A stretch of 64,000 nt of DNA from assembly GCA_051531975.1 (NCBI GenBank), contig JAOPTT010000006.1:128656-192655 (forward strand), in the 5' to 3' direction. Numbering within the stretch: the stretch's first letter is position 1; every line of letters starts with the position of its first letter. This stretch comes from Spirochaetaceae bacterium. Its GTDB lineage: Bacteria; Spirochaetota; Spirochaetia; DSM-2461. Shown here piece after piece: positions 32,931 to 42,867 of the stretch. A program made the translations under genes and the position numbers. The notes beneath the pieces were generated by a model. The model ran no database searches, was not told where the DNA came from, and saw only the letters and a program-made list of their open reading frames with translations.

Positions 32931-33169
32931 GTAACATATATTATTAGGTGTACCAAAAGAGAGTCTGGGTGAATGTGGAAATATTACCTCATACAATATT
33001 AAGTATGCTTTAAGAACTCGTCATTCAAAAGTATCTAGTTCATTACACATAAATTAGTCATGAATATTTTAGTTTATATTGTATACATAGTATTAAATAA
33101 AGCAAAATTTTCAATTTGTACAAAATCCAACTTTCGTACTGCCAATATATTTAAAACGTACCTCGCGTT

Positions 33170-33274
33170 TCAATTCATTAATAAGATAATAACCGTTTGT
33201 GACATTACAATTAAAATAACGATTCCAGCCGAAATGAATAGAACCTTTCCATTGGCGACACTCATGTAGTCCAT
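33170..33274 (-). pseudogene. Truncated 5' stub of a membrane protein gene (DUF5058-like)
   Basis: AGAGGA RBS, then MDYMSVANGKVLFISAGIVILIVMSQTVIILLMN*, directly after the kinase stop; family assignment from recall. Confidence 0.45.
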
Positions 33275-33290
33275 TTTTTATTCCTCTGTT

Positions 33291-36200
33291 TTATATACTA
33301 TTTAAAATCTCTTCTAATATCATTTTTGCTTCTTTCATTTTGTATTTACTAAGAAATTTTAACGCCTCTTCTATTTTTGAATGTGATAGTTTCTCTAATA
33401 TCTCTACTGCTGGTTTAGGTTTTCTTTTTTCAAGGAATCCTATAGCCGATTGTAAACTCTCTTTTAGCTCATCATCAGTTATATTTTTTACCTCTGCAGA
33501 CACTTCGACTTCAGTTGATATATTCTCATTTACACCATTTATCATCTGATTTAATACTGGCAGTATTGTTTTAAGTGCCTGTAACCAATCGCCGTCTTCT
33601 TTAAACTCTTTTTCTAACACTGCAGAGAGTTTCTGAAGCTCTTCTCCACCAAGGTTGGCACTTACTCCTTTTATTGTATGAGCAGCTCTTATAGCTTCTT
33701 CTCTGTTTTCTTTGTCCGTAATAGCTTTTATATCATTTTCAAACTCTTTATAGTCTGTTGCGAACTGTTTCAGAAGTTTTTTATATAACTTTCTATTACC
33801 ACCAACTCGATTTAAGCCCTGTTCTGTATCTATTTTAGGTAAAACAAGATCTTCTTCTTTGTCATTATTAGAACTCTCGATATTTTCTGTATAATAATCA
33901 GGAATGATTCTCTTTTTAGGTTTTATCCAGGCAGCTAGTGTATTCCATAATTCAGTGGTATTAATTGGTTTAGTAATGTAGTCATTCATCCCTACTTCTA
34001 TAACTTTATCCCTAACACCGGTCATTGCGTCGGCAGTCATGGCAATAATTGGCAGCCTATCTTGTGTAAAAGTTTTTCTAATAAGCTCTGTTGATTCATA
34101 ACCACCCATTACTGGCATTTGAAGATCCATAAGCACTAATTCATAGTCACCTTCTAAAGCCATATTCGCTCCGATCTGACCATTATCTGCGATATCGATA
34201 TAGAAGCCCTCTTGTTCAATTAATTCTTTTGCTACCTGTTGGTTTATATCATTATCTTCAACGAGCAGAATCTTTGCACCTCTAATATCATCAAAGTTTT
34301 CTGGTTTCTCATCTTTTTTATAATCATTGGTCAAAAGATTTGTAGACTTACCAAATACATTCATTATAGTATCAAGTAACATTGACGGACTAACTGGTTT
34401 AACAAGGAAGCCTTGTAGACCAATATCTTGTGCTTCGTGAATTATCTCTTCACGGCCAAAACTGGTCACCATTACTATCTGAGGAATTTCTACATTTTCT
34501 AACTCTGTTTTTATCTTTTTAGAAGCTTCGATACCATTCATTCCTGGCATCTGGTAATCCATTAAAACTAAGTCATAAACTCTGCTACCCTCTGCCTTAG
34601 ATTTAATTATCTCCCTAAGGGCTAAGTCCCCGGACTCAACACCGGTAACTTCAAAATTCATCTCTTTTAGATAGATTCCTAGAACCTCTCGTGATGTCTC
34701 ATTGTCATCTACAACAAGAACTTTTAATCCCTTTAACTCGACCGGGGTCGCTTTTACCTCTTTTTTCTCACCAATTTCTAGTAGTGCTGTGAAATAGAAG
34801 GTACTCCCTTCTCCATGTTCACTGTTTACCCCAATTTCTCCTCCCATCATCTCTGATAGTCGTTTACTAATGGTAAGTCCTAAGCCTGTTCCTCCATATT
34901 TTCTTGTTGTAGAGGAGTCGGCCTGGGAGAATGATGTAAATAGTTTATTTATCTGTTCCCCAGTTAATCCGATACCTGTATCCCTAACTTCAAATCGTAA
35001 CATAACACTGTTCTCAACCTGTTTTACTAGTTTCGTTGCAACTTCAATCTCACCACTTTCAGTGAACTTAACCGCATTGTTAGACAGGTTAAGAAGAATT
35101 TGCCCTAATCTTAATGGATCACCTATAAGATCGTTTGGTATTGCTGACTCTTGGTTGAAGATCAGCTCTACACCCTTAGAGCTAGCTTTATCCCCAATCA
35201 TATCTGCTAGTGAAGACATTACACTATTTAGAAAAAAAGGGATCTTCTCTATATCTAGTTTACCTGCTTCAATCTTAGAAAAATCTAAAATATCATTGAT
35301 AATACCTAATAAGTTTTTAGCTGCCCCATTTATCTTTTCAGCATAATCTTTCTGCTTTCTATTTAGTTCCGTTTTAAGTAATAAGTGGTCTAAACCTAAT
35401 ATCGCATTCATTGGTGTTCTTATCTCATGACTCATATTAGCTAAAAAGTCACTTTTGGCACGGGTAGCAGCTTCTGCTTCATCTTTTGCTAGCTCTAATC
35501 CCTGTTGTGCTAGGACTTGCTCACTTACATCAATAAATGTTCCCATTTCTTGTAGTGCTGTACCATCTTTATTCTTTTTTGTTACATCACAACGGAGACC
35601 TACAAAACGAACTTCGCCATTGCTTTTAATTACAGGGTATGTAGCACTATAACTATCAATTTCTCCTGTAATAGATGCTGAAAACTTAGTTAAAATATCA
35701 TCAACCATAACTTGATATTCAGGGGTTAGTTTTGCTACATCTTGCATTAAACCAGCCCATTTACTTATGTTATATGTACCTTCAGGATTTATCGGAAACT
35801 CTAACATCTCTGCTACATTGTCAGTGGCATGAAAAGTATCTTCTTCGTTAAAATTTATCCACCAAACACCCACTTCTGAAGCTTTAAGTGAACCGTAAAC
35901 AAGTTGATTTAGTAGGTTTAGACTGTTTTCTCGTTCTTTATCCTCCGTAATATTCTTGTTTATTCCCATCATAGTCTTTGGGCTTCCATCACTATTTCTT
36001 TCTACTATTTGACCATCACCTGACATCCATATATATTTCTCATCAGAAGGATGCCTATATCGAAAAATAGAGTGATATTTATCTACTTTTCCTTCTAAAT
36101 GATCTGTGAGTGCTTTAAATGCCTCTTCTTTATCTTCAGGGTGTAGCCGTTCCCCCCATGTTTTGGCAACATTCTCTTCTGTTGGATCAAAGCCAAATAA

Positions 36201-38852
36201 CTTTAGGTACAAAGGAGAGCCTATGGTTCTATCAGTTGCTACGTCCCACTCCCATGTTGCAAGTCCAGCACCCTCTGTTGTTATTTTAAATCGTTCATCA
36301 CTTCTTTCTAACTCTTTAGTTCTAGCTTTTACATTCTCTTCTAAAATTTTTCTCTGCTTATATAAGGTTTTTGTACGATTATTTAGAATTAATAATATTA
36401 ATCCTATAACTAATATTATATATAGTGATATTGCCCACCATCTAAACCAAGGAGGATTCTCTACATGGATTAATAAAGATACTTCCTGTTTAGGTAGACT
36501 CCATATCCCATCATTATTTGTACCTCGAACTCTAAGTGTATAAGTCCCCCCAGGTAGCCCTGTATATGAACCAAAACGACGAGTTCCAGCCTTATACCAC
36601 TCTCTATCATAACCTTCCAGTTTATATTCAAATCTGTTTTTTTTAGAGAATAGGTAGTTCAGAGCGGTATACTCAAACTCTATTGAACGATCTCGCCAAC
36701 CAAGGCTTATTTCATCTAAATGTTCAAATGATTTATCTGTCTTTATGATCTCTCCACTCTGTTTTATAGCAGTAATATAGATGTTAGGTGATAGGTCATT
36801 TGATGTTAATTCCTCTGGGATAAAACGGTTTAAGCCGTTATAACCACCAAACCATAAAGCACCATCATCGGATTTTCCTCTGGCGGTAGCAAAAAAGTCA
36901 TGGCTATGTAGACCATCCTCCTTTGTGTATACTTTAAGAACTTCTTCAGTCTCTATGTCTATAGAAACCAAACCAATATCAGTTCCTAACCAGATTCTTC
37001 TACTTCTATCTTCTAAAATATTGTGTACTATTGTTGCTTTAAAACCACGTTCTGATCCAATTCTGTCAAAGGTTCCTGTTTTTTTATCAAAAAGGTGTAG
37101 CCCACGGTCTGTTGATACCCAGAACTTACCAGTAGAGTCCTCTAGAACATCGTAAACAGTATTTGAACTGATTGATTTAGAGTCTGATGGATTGTGTTGG
37201 AAGTGAGTAAAAGTTGATGTAGTTTGGTTAAACTTCTCTAATCCTCCTCCCCAGGTTGCAATCCATAAAATGTTTTTATCATCCTTATCTCTAATCATTC
37301 TAATTGAAGTTACTGCTGCAAAGCTTTCTGGGTTATTAGGGTCGTGTTCAAAAACCTCTCTCTCCATAGTTTTTAGGTTCAGTCTATGTAGACTTTGTTC
37401 CCAACCTACAGCCCATATAACATCGGGGTTTTTATGATCTTCAATCATGGTGTAGTACCAGGTATCATCGGTATACTGTCTGATCACTTCTCTTTTATTA
37501 GAGTCCCAGGTAACTAACCCCCCTGCAGTAGATATAAAAAAATCACCCTTACTACTTTCGTAAAAACCAGATGAATATCCGTGGGGAAGTGTTTTAGGAT
37601 TAGCTGAATCACTTTTATGATGGGTAAAGCTACCATCAGCAGGGTTATATAGGTCTAAACCTTCACCAAAGTTACCAATCCATACATTCTTATTTGTGTC
37701 TTGGTAAATAGGCAACGGTGAATTACTTGCAATTGAATTTGGGTTACTGAGGCTATGGGTAAAGAGTTCAAAGTTATGCCCTCTTGGATCAAACTTATCG
37801 ACTTTTCCGTTGGTATGAACAATCCAAAGAGTTCCATCTCGGTCTTCAAAAGCACCAGTAATGGTGTCAGTGGTGAGTATTGGATCTTTACCTATTTCAT
37901 TTATATACTGCTTAAAAGTTTCACTTATAGGATCAAAGATTATAACTCCATAGGATGAAGCATCACTTAACAGTATAATATTTCCATTTTTTAACTGGTA
38001 GATGTCACCAATACGTATATTTGGTATAGATTTTTGGTCTAATGGGTCATGTTTTACAATAGAGAATAAACTACTTTGTTTGTCCATACGAATAAGGCCA
38101 TCGTTTAGAGATGCAAACCAAATATTCCCATTGGTATCTTCAAATACTGCTCTAATGCTATTTTGGGGAAAGCTGTTAGGATCTTCAGGATTATTAATAT
38201 AACGAGTTACCTCACCTGTTTCAGGATCTAATCTATTTACACCACTCTCTTTTGTACCTATCCATATAAAACCTTCACTGTCTTCAAACAGGCAGAAGAT
38301 ATTGTTCTCTGAGATTGAATTTGGGTCATTAGAGTTGTGAAAGTAGTTTGTAAACTCCCCATTAAAGTACATAGAGAGGCCAGTTTGTGTTCCAAACCAC
38401 ATACGACCTCTTTTATCTTGAATAATACATTTTGATGAGAAGTTGAAAACATTTCCTGCTAAGGTTGTAGTAGTGTTTTCAGGATCCCCATAAAACTTTT
38501 TAATACTGTTTGTTTTTTTGTTGTAAATATTTAATCCGTAGTTTGTTCCTACCCAGATTTTACCATCATCATCTTCAAACAGTTGTGTAACAAAATCGTT
38601 ACTAATACCATTTTCTCCGGCTTTTATCGGTTTTGTTTCTGCACCATCGAATCTAACCATTCCATTAAAGAATGAACTAAACCAGAGAAAGCCATCTTGG
38701 TCTTGTATTACAGAATAACAGATCTGACCTCCAATATCGAAGGTGTAATCAAATGATGGGTTGATATCTTCCTGTATTCCGAAGAGCGTTATAGATATGT
38801 TAAGTAAGAATATAACAAAGAATATATTTGAGATAAAAATACGATTTTTCAT
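33291..38852 (-). CDS. Giant hybrid sensor kinase: beta-propeller/YYY sensor, TM, PAS, HisKA, HATPase, two REC, HPt
   Basis: ED..G.IWIGT repeats, YTGLPGGTYTLRVRGTNNDG, FLANMSHEIRTPMN, GGTGLGL, LMDYQMP, LMDLQMP, AHTIKGVSANLG. Confidence 0.93.
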   Translation of the reverse strand: MKNRIFISNIFFVIFLLNISITLFGIQEDINPSFDYTFDIGGQICYSVIQDQDGFLWFSSFFNGMVRFDGAETKPIKAGENGISNDFVTQLFEDDDGKIWVGTNYGLNIYNKKTNSIKKFYGDPENTTTTLAGNVFNFSSKCIIQDKRGRMWFGTQTGLSMYFNGEFTNYFHNSNDPNSISENNIFCLFEDSEGFIWIGTKESGVNRLDPETGEVTRYINNPEDPNSFPQNSIRAVFEDTNGNIWFASLNDGLIRMDKQSSLFSIVKHDPLDQKSIPNIRIGDIYQLKNGNIILLSDASSYGVIIFDPISETFKQYINEIGKDPILTTDTITGAFEDRDGTLWIVHTNGKVDKFDPRGHNFELFTHSLSNPNSIASNSPLPIYQDTNKNVWIGNFGEGLDLYNPADGSFTHHKSDSANPKTLPHGYSSGFYESSKGDFFISTAGGLVTWDSNKREVIRQYTDDTWYYTMIEDHKNPDVIWAVGWEQSLHRLNLKTMEREVFEHDPNNPESFAAVTSIRMIRDKDDKNILWIATWGGGLEKFNQTTSTFTHFQHNPSDSKSISSNTVYDVLEDSTGKFWVSTDRGLHLFDKKTGTFDRIGSERGFKATIVHNILEDRSRRIWLGTDIGLVSIDIETEEVLKVYTKEDGLHSHDFFATARGKSDDGALWFGGYNGLNRFIPEELTSNDLSPNIYITAIKQSGEIIKTDKSFEHLDEISLGWRDRSIEFEYTALNYLFSKKNRFEYKLEGYDREWYKAGTRRFGSYTGLPGGTYTLRVRGTNNDGIWSLPKQEVSLLIHVENPPWFRWWAISLYIILVIGLILLILNNRTKTLYKQRKILEENVKARTKELERSDERFKITTEGAGLATWEWDVATDRTIGSPLYLKLFGFDPTEENVAKTWGERLHPEDKEEAFKALTDHLEGKVDKYHSIFRYRHPSDEKYIWMSGDGQIVERNSDGSPKTMMGINKNITEDKERENSLNLLNQLVYGSLKASEVGVWWINFNEEDTFHATDNVAEMLEFPINPEGTYNISKWAGLMQDVAKLTPEYQVMVDDILTKFSASITGEIDSYSATYPVIKSNGEVRFVGLRCDVTKKNKDGTALQEMGTFIDVSEQVLAQQGLELAKDEAEAATRAKSDFLANMSHEIRTPMNAILGLDHLLLKTELNRKQKDYAEKINGAAKNLLGIINDILDFSKIEAGKLDIEKIPFFLNSVMSSLADMIGDKASSKGVELIFNQESAIPNDLIGDPLRLGQILLNLSNNAVKFTESGEIEVATKLVKQVENSVMLRFEVRDTGIGLTGEQINKLFTSFSQADSSTTRKYGGTGLGLTISKRLSEMMGGEIGVNSEHGEGSTFYFTALLEIGEKKEVKATPVELKGLKVLVVDDNETSREVLGIYLKEMNFEVTGVESGDLALREIIKSKAEGSRVYDLVLMDYQMPGMNGIEASKKIKTELENVEIPQIVMVTSFGREEIIHEAQDIGLQGFLVKPVSPSMLLDTIMNVFGKSTNLLTNDYKKDEKPENFDDIRGAKILLVEDNDINQQVAKELIEQEGFYIDIADNGQIGANMALEGDYELVLMDLQMPVMGGYESTELIRKTFTQDRLPIIAMTADAMTGVRDKVIEVGMNDYITKPINTTELWNTLAAWIKPKKRIIPDYYTENIESSNNDKEEDLVLPKIDTEQGLNRVGGNRKLYKKLLKQFATDYKEFENDIKAITDKENREEAIRAAHTIKGVSANLGGEELQKLSAVLEKEFKEDGDWLQALKTILPVLNQMINGVNENISTEVEVSAEVKNITDDELKESLQSAIGFLEKRKPKPAVEILEKLSHSKIEEALKFLSKYKMKEAKMILEEILNSI

Positions 38853-39176
38853 AATTTAATTATATCTTTTAATCAGTTAAATACAAGTTGTTTTTAGGAG
38901 TCCATGTTATAACACGTGCAGCAATATCGAATTTATATTCTAATTACTAATTTGTAATATATTTACTTACATAAACTATTATATATGCTTTCGTATTGTG
39001 GTAATTACTCTACATTATAAATTTTATTATAGAAATCTTTCATCTTTAAAACTATACATAGTGATTTACTCCATACCGTTACTTCAGGTTTGGGACAATT
39101 TAATCTAGAAAAGTTTCACCATTAAAATGGTATAGTTGTAGTAATTTTGATTGTGATAATATTAAAATTTTAAATA

Positions 39177-39860
39177 AGGGACATAATATTCTTATTTTGG
39201 TACTTCTATCGTGTTTAGATTCAATAATTCCAGACCTCTTAAAAGAGGAATCTTTAGAAACCACAAGAATATGGTCTTTAGCTGGAAGACTAGAAAATGA
39301 ATCAGTATTTATTAGAAAACCTCCAATAAGAAAACCTCACCATGGAGCATCATTAGAAGGTTTAGTAGGTGGAGGGAAACATCATCAGCCAGGTGAAATA
39401 TCATTAGCTCATAACGGTTACCTGTTTCTAGATGAAATAGCAGAGTTTAAAACTTCCATAATTCAAAGTCTAAGGCAACCAATGGAGGAGTGAAGAGTAT
39501 CACTAAATAGAGCAAAAGTATCTACCTGGTAACCTGCAAACTTTAGGTTAATAGCAACTGCAAACCCATGTCCATTTGCAAACCTAGGTAAAGAAGATGG
39601 TATCTGTATGTGCTTAGAAAAGAGATTAGATGGTACTGGAGACGAATTGTGGAGTAATTATGGATAGGATAGATATTATGGTTCCTGTTACTCCTGTTTT
39701 AACTAAAGTTATGCTAGAGGATTAAGGTGCTAATTCTAAGGATATATAGATGAAGGTTGATATTGCTGTTAATAGACAAAGAACACGATATAAAGACTCT
39801 TCAATAACTTGTAATGCCAGAATACCATCTGGAGAAATTGATAAGTTCTGTTATCTATCT
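39177..39860 (+). pseudogene. comM: comM 3'-half copy 2 (comM about 22688-23395; Walker A partly deleted, 3' truncated)
   Basis: 94 codons identical in protein to comM, followed by stops and frameshifts; similarity ends at tgttatctatct (39860). Confidence 0.95.
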
Positions 39861-40294
39861 CAATAGTATGTGACATATTATGCGTAGTTTAAAAATAATA
39901 TAACACATAGATTAGCAACAATCCCCACGAGGTTAAATTTCGGTCGATTTTTGTATAATTATTGACAACCATGTAAAATAGGATTCATAATCACACTATA
40001 CATGTTAATATTTGTCCTGAATTTGAACACTACTCAAAAATAGATTAAAGCACATTTCTGTAGTAACAATTCTTGGCCCGTGACAATGTGACAAATGAAT
40101 GATTACCACAATGTTTTTAGAGAAACAGTGCAATAATCTTGCATTAGATTTTAAGTGGCTGGAGTTTTTTTTTAGAAAATATTGCAGTTCTGATATAGAA
40201 TATTGATAGAGTATTTAAGAAAAAGAATTTATTGGCTTTAAAGCCGATAGCTATACAAAGCTATAAATTATCCCCCAGAGAAAATGGAGACGAT

Positions 40295-42529
40295 ATGAAC
40301 AGAATAAAAAGCATTTTATTGATATCAGTAATATTATTGATAACACTATTAAGTAGTTGTGCCACTGTCGAGGTTCGTGCAGCAAAGAAAGGGGATATAG
40401 AATCCCTTAAGAAATTTATTGATAAAGGCGGCGACGTTAATGAGCCAGAAAAGGGTGGAACAACCCTACTCATGTATGCTTCAGAAGCCGGTCAGACTCA
40501 AGTCATCAGTTTTTTACTGGATAAAGGGGCAATTATCAGTCTCAAAGATAACAACGGACGAAGCGCATTTATTTATGCAGTCATAGCCCGAAAACAGGGC
40601 GCTGCCCAGCTGCTTCTACAGAGAGGTGCTGATGTAAACATAGTTCTCTCTTCAGGTGATTCTGCCCTAACTCTTACGGCTCAATCTCAGAATCAGAATA
40701 TGATAAAAATACTTCTAGAAAACGGAGCTGACCTGAATCATAAGAATTATGGTGGATGGTCTGCACTGACTCTCAGTCTCAGCAAGGATGCTCAAGGGCC
40801 TACAGGGATAAATAAGGCCAGCACTATTCTGATAGACCTGAATGCCGATCTGGACCCTGATTCTGGGAATGTTCGTATAGTGGCCTTTTCAGCAGCCTCA
40901 TCGGGAAATAAAGACGTCCTTAAATATCTGCTGGATCTAGGATTAGATCTTGAAAGTAAGTCCGATAAAGGGGCGACCCTTCTACTAACTGCTGTTTTAG
41001 CACAGAAAATCGAAATGGTACGTTATCTCCTGAATCTTGGAGCCGACTGGTCTGTAAAGGATTCATCAGGATGGTCAATCCTTATGAAATCCCTGTATGA
41101 CAGTGCTTCTAAAGGTAAAGGGCTGGATACAATTGCAAAACTTCTTATGGATAAAGGTGCCCGTCCGGAAGGCTCTTCACCACATGGTGTAACCACAGGA
41201 TACAAGGCTGGAGAGAAAGGGGCAGTAGAGATACTGAGCCTTCTCATTGATAACGGACTCTCTCCTAATATCAAGGATTCATCGGGATGGTCAATTCTTA
41301 TGAAATCCCTATATGACAGTGCTTCCAATGGTAATGGGCCAGATACAATTGCAAAACTTCTTATGGATAAAGGCGCCCATCCGGAAGGCTCCTCTCCACA
41401 GGGTGTAACTACAGGATACAAGGCTGGAGAGAAAGGGGCAGTAGAGATACTGAACCTTCTCATTAATAACGGACTCTCTCCTTATATCAAGGATGCAAAA
41501 GGCAATAGCCTTCTAATTATTGGTATTGCACATACAAAGATTGTCAAGCTGCTGATTTCCTTGGGTGTTCCTGTAGATGGTAGAAACGAGCAGAGATATA
41601 CTCCTTTGATTATGGCTGCAGCCGGTGGCTATAGAGATTCACTTTCTCTCCTCTTGCGGGCAGGTGCAGAACCGGACCTCAGGGATAACAATCGCCAGAC
41701 AGCTCTGTTATATGCAGCCGGAACCTCAGATGTTGAAATGGTTCGTAAACTGCTGATTGCGGGAGCTTCTCCCCATACCACCGATAAAACAGGTAATACA
41801 GCTCTACATAAAGCAGCAGCTAAAGGTGTTCCAGAAACAGTTCGCCTGTTACTGACATCTGGAACCTATGTGGATTCTGCAAATGCTCAGGGAGATACAC
41901 CCTATGTTCTAACTTATAAAAACAAGAAACAAGGTTCTAGCATAAGAGAAATACTGGCAATAGGGGGTGCAAAGGTTCCTGTAGAAAAGCCGACAATCGT
42001 AGAAAAACCGACAATCGTAGAAAAACCGACAATCGTAGAAAAACCGATAATCGTAGAAAAACCGATAATCGTAGAAAAACCGATAATCGTAGAAAAACCG
42101 ATAATCGTAGAAGTGCCGACAATCGTAGAAGTACCGACACCTAAACCACAGCCTGCTTCACCAGTAGAGCCTGAAGCTGGCACACAACCTGACCTAACAG
42201 TCCGATTCGGTTGGCCTTCTATCAACCCTTCAGACATAAGAGGCTGGAATAACAGTGATAAGATGATTGGAACAGCTACACTACAGATCGGCTACAGTTC
42301 AGAATCATCATGGTTTTACGAGCACACAATGGATATTCCAAGAAAAGGTGTAAATGCCGACAGCTATGAAGCAAATCTTGATTTTGGAAATAGAACCTTA
42401 GACCCCTGTAAAGCAGTTTTAACTATTCCTACCAAGAAAGGAAATGCCCTAGTATGTGAAATCACAGTTCAACCTGACCTGGATGGTAGAATGATTCTGT
42501 ATTTTGAAGATTTCATATATAAAAAATAG
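40295..42529 (+). CDS. Ankyrin-repeat lipoprotein
   Basis: Lipobox LSSC; many G.T.L..A....G....V..LL..GA repeats; Pro-rich linker; ATG 40295 with GGAGA RBS. Confidence 0.92.
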   Translation: MNRIKSILLISVILLITLLSSCATVEVRAAKKGDIESLKKFIDKGGDVNEPEKGGTTLLMYASEAGQTQVISFLLDKGAIISLKDNNGRSAFIYAVIARKQGAAQLLLQRGADVNIVLSSGDSALTLTAQSQNQNMIKILLENGADLNHKNYGGWSALTLSLSKDAQGPTGINKASTILIDLNADLDPDSGNVRIVAFSAASSGNKDVLKYLLDLGLDLESKSDKGATLLLTAVLAQKIEMVRYLLNLGADWSVKDSSGWSILMKSLYDSASKGKGLDTIAKLLMDKGARPEGSSPHGVTTGYKAGEKGAVEILSLLIDNGLSPNIKDSSGWSILMKSLYDSASNGNGPDTIAKLLMDKGAHPEGSSPQGVTTGYKAGEKGAVEILNLLINNGLSPYIKDAKGNSLLIIGIAHTKIVKLLISLGVPVDGRNEQRYTPLIMAAAGGYRDSLSLLLRAGAEPDLRDNNRQTALLYAAGTSDVEMVRKLLIAGASPHTTDKTGNTALHKAAAKGVPETVRLLLTSGTYVDSANAQGDTPYVLTYKNKKQGSSIREILAIGGAKVPVEKPTIVEKPTIVEKPTIVEKPIIVEKPIIVEKPIIVEKPIIVEVPTIVEVPTPKPQPASPVEPEAGTQPDLTVRFGWPSINPSDIRGWNNSDKMIGTATLQIGYSSESSWFYEHTMDIPRKGVNADSYEANLDFGNRTLDPCKAVLTIPTKKGNALVCEITVQPDLDGRMILYFEDFIYKK
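41057..41488 (+). repeat. Recent 216-bp tandem duplication inside the ankyrin gene
   Basis: 41057-41272 and 41273-41488 are near-identical (KDSSGWSILMKSLYDSAS...NGLSP). Confidence 0.92.
41981..42139 (+). repeat. 18-bp tandem repeat (VEKPTI/VEKPII, about 9 units)
   Basis: gtagaaaaaccga[c/t]aatc units. Confidence 0.95.
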
Positions 42530-42760
42530 AAGCAGTATCCTGACCGTTCCTCCCAGAATAGTCGGGAAACGGTTTTCTCATTCAATGCCCCAAACTACCT
42601 ATTTATCCGGTTATACGTCGGTAGCAGGGGGTAATACCAACTCTTATACAATTTAAATCTATTTGACTCCCGAGACATTTTGCTTTCCTAGAGGAACTCA
42701 GGCTTCAGTATTGATAACTTTGTTCAGAATCTTACAGATATGGCACGAGTTAATCTCGTG

Positions 42761-42855
42761 GAATATCGTCACTAGTAGGCAGACTAGAAAATGAATAAGT
42801 ATTTATTAGAAAACCACCCCAAACACACACCATGGATCTTCATTAGGAGGTTTAG
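42761..42855 (+). pseudogene. comM: comM copy 3, left piece (comM about 22800-22897)
   Basis: gaatatcgtcactagtaggcagactagaaaatgaataagtatttattagaaaacc...catggatcttcattaggaggtttag. Confidence 0.88.
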
Positions 42856-42867
42856 AATAATAGATAT

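Noticed and set aside
33340..38452. Numerous short ORFs antisense to or inside the giant kinases and other long genes
   Set aside because: No recognisable motifs; fully overlap well-supported CDSs
42744..42760. CACGAG-N5-CTCGTG palindrome abutting comM copy 3
   Set aside because: Only a 6-bp stem and not clearly repeated at other junctions (weak look-alike near 39925)
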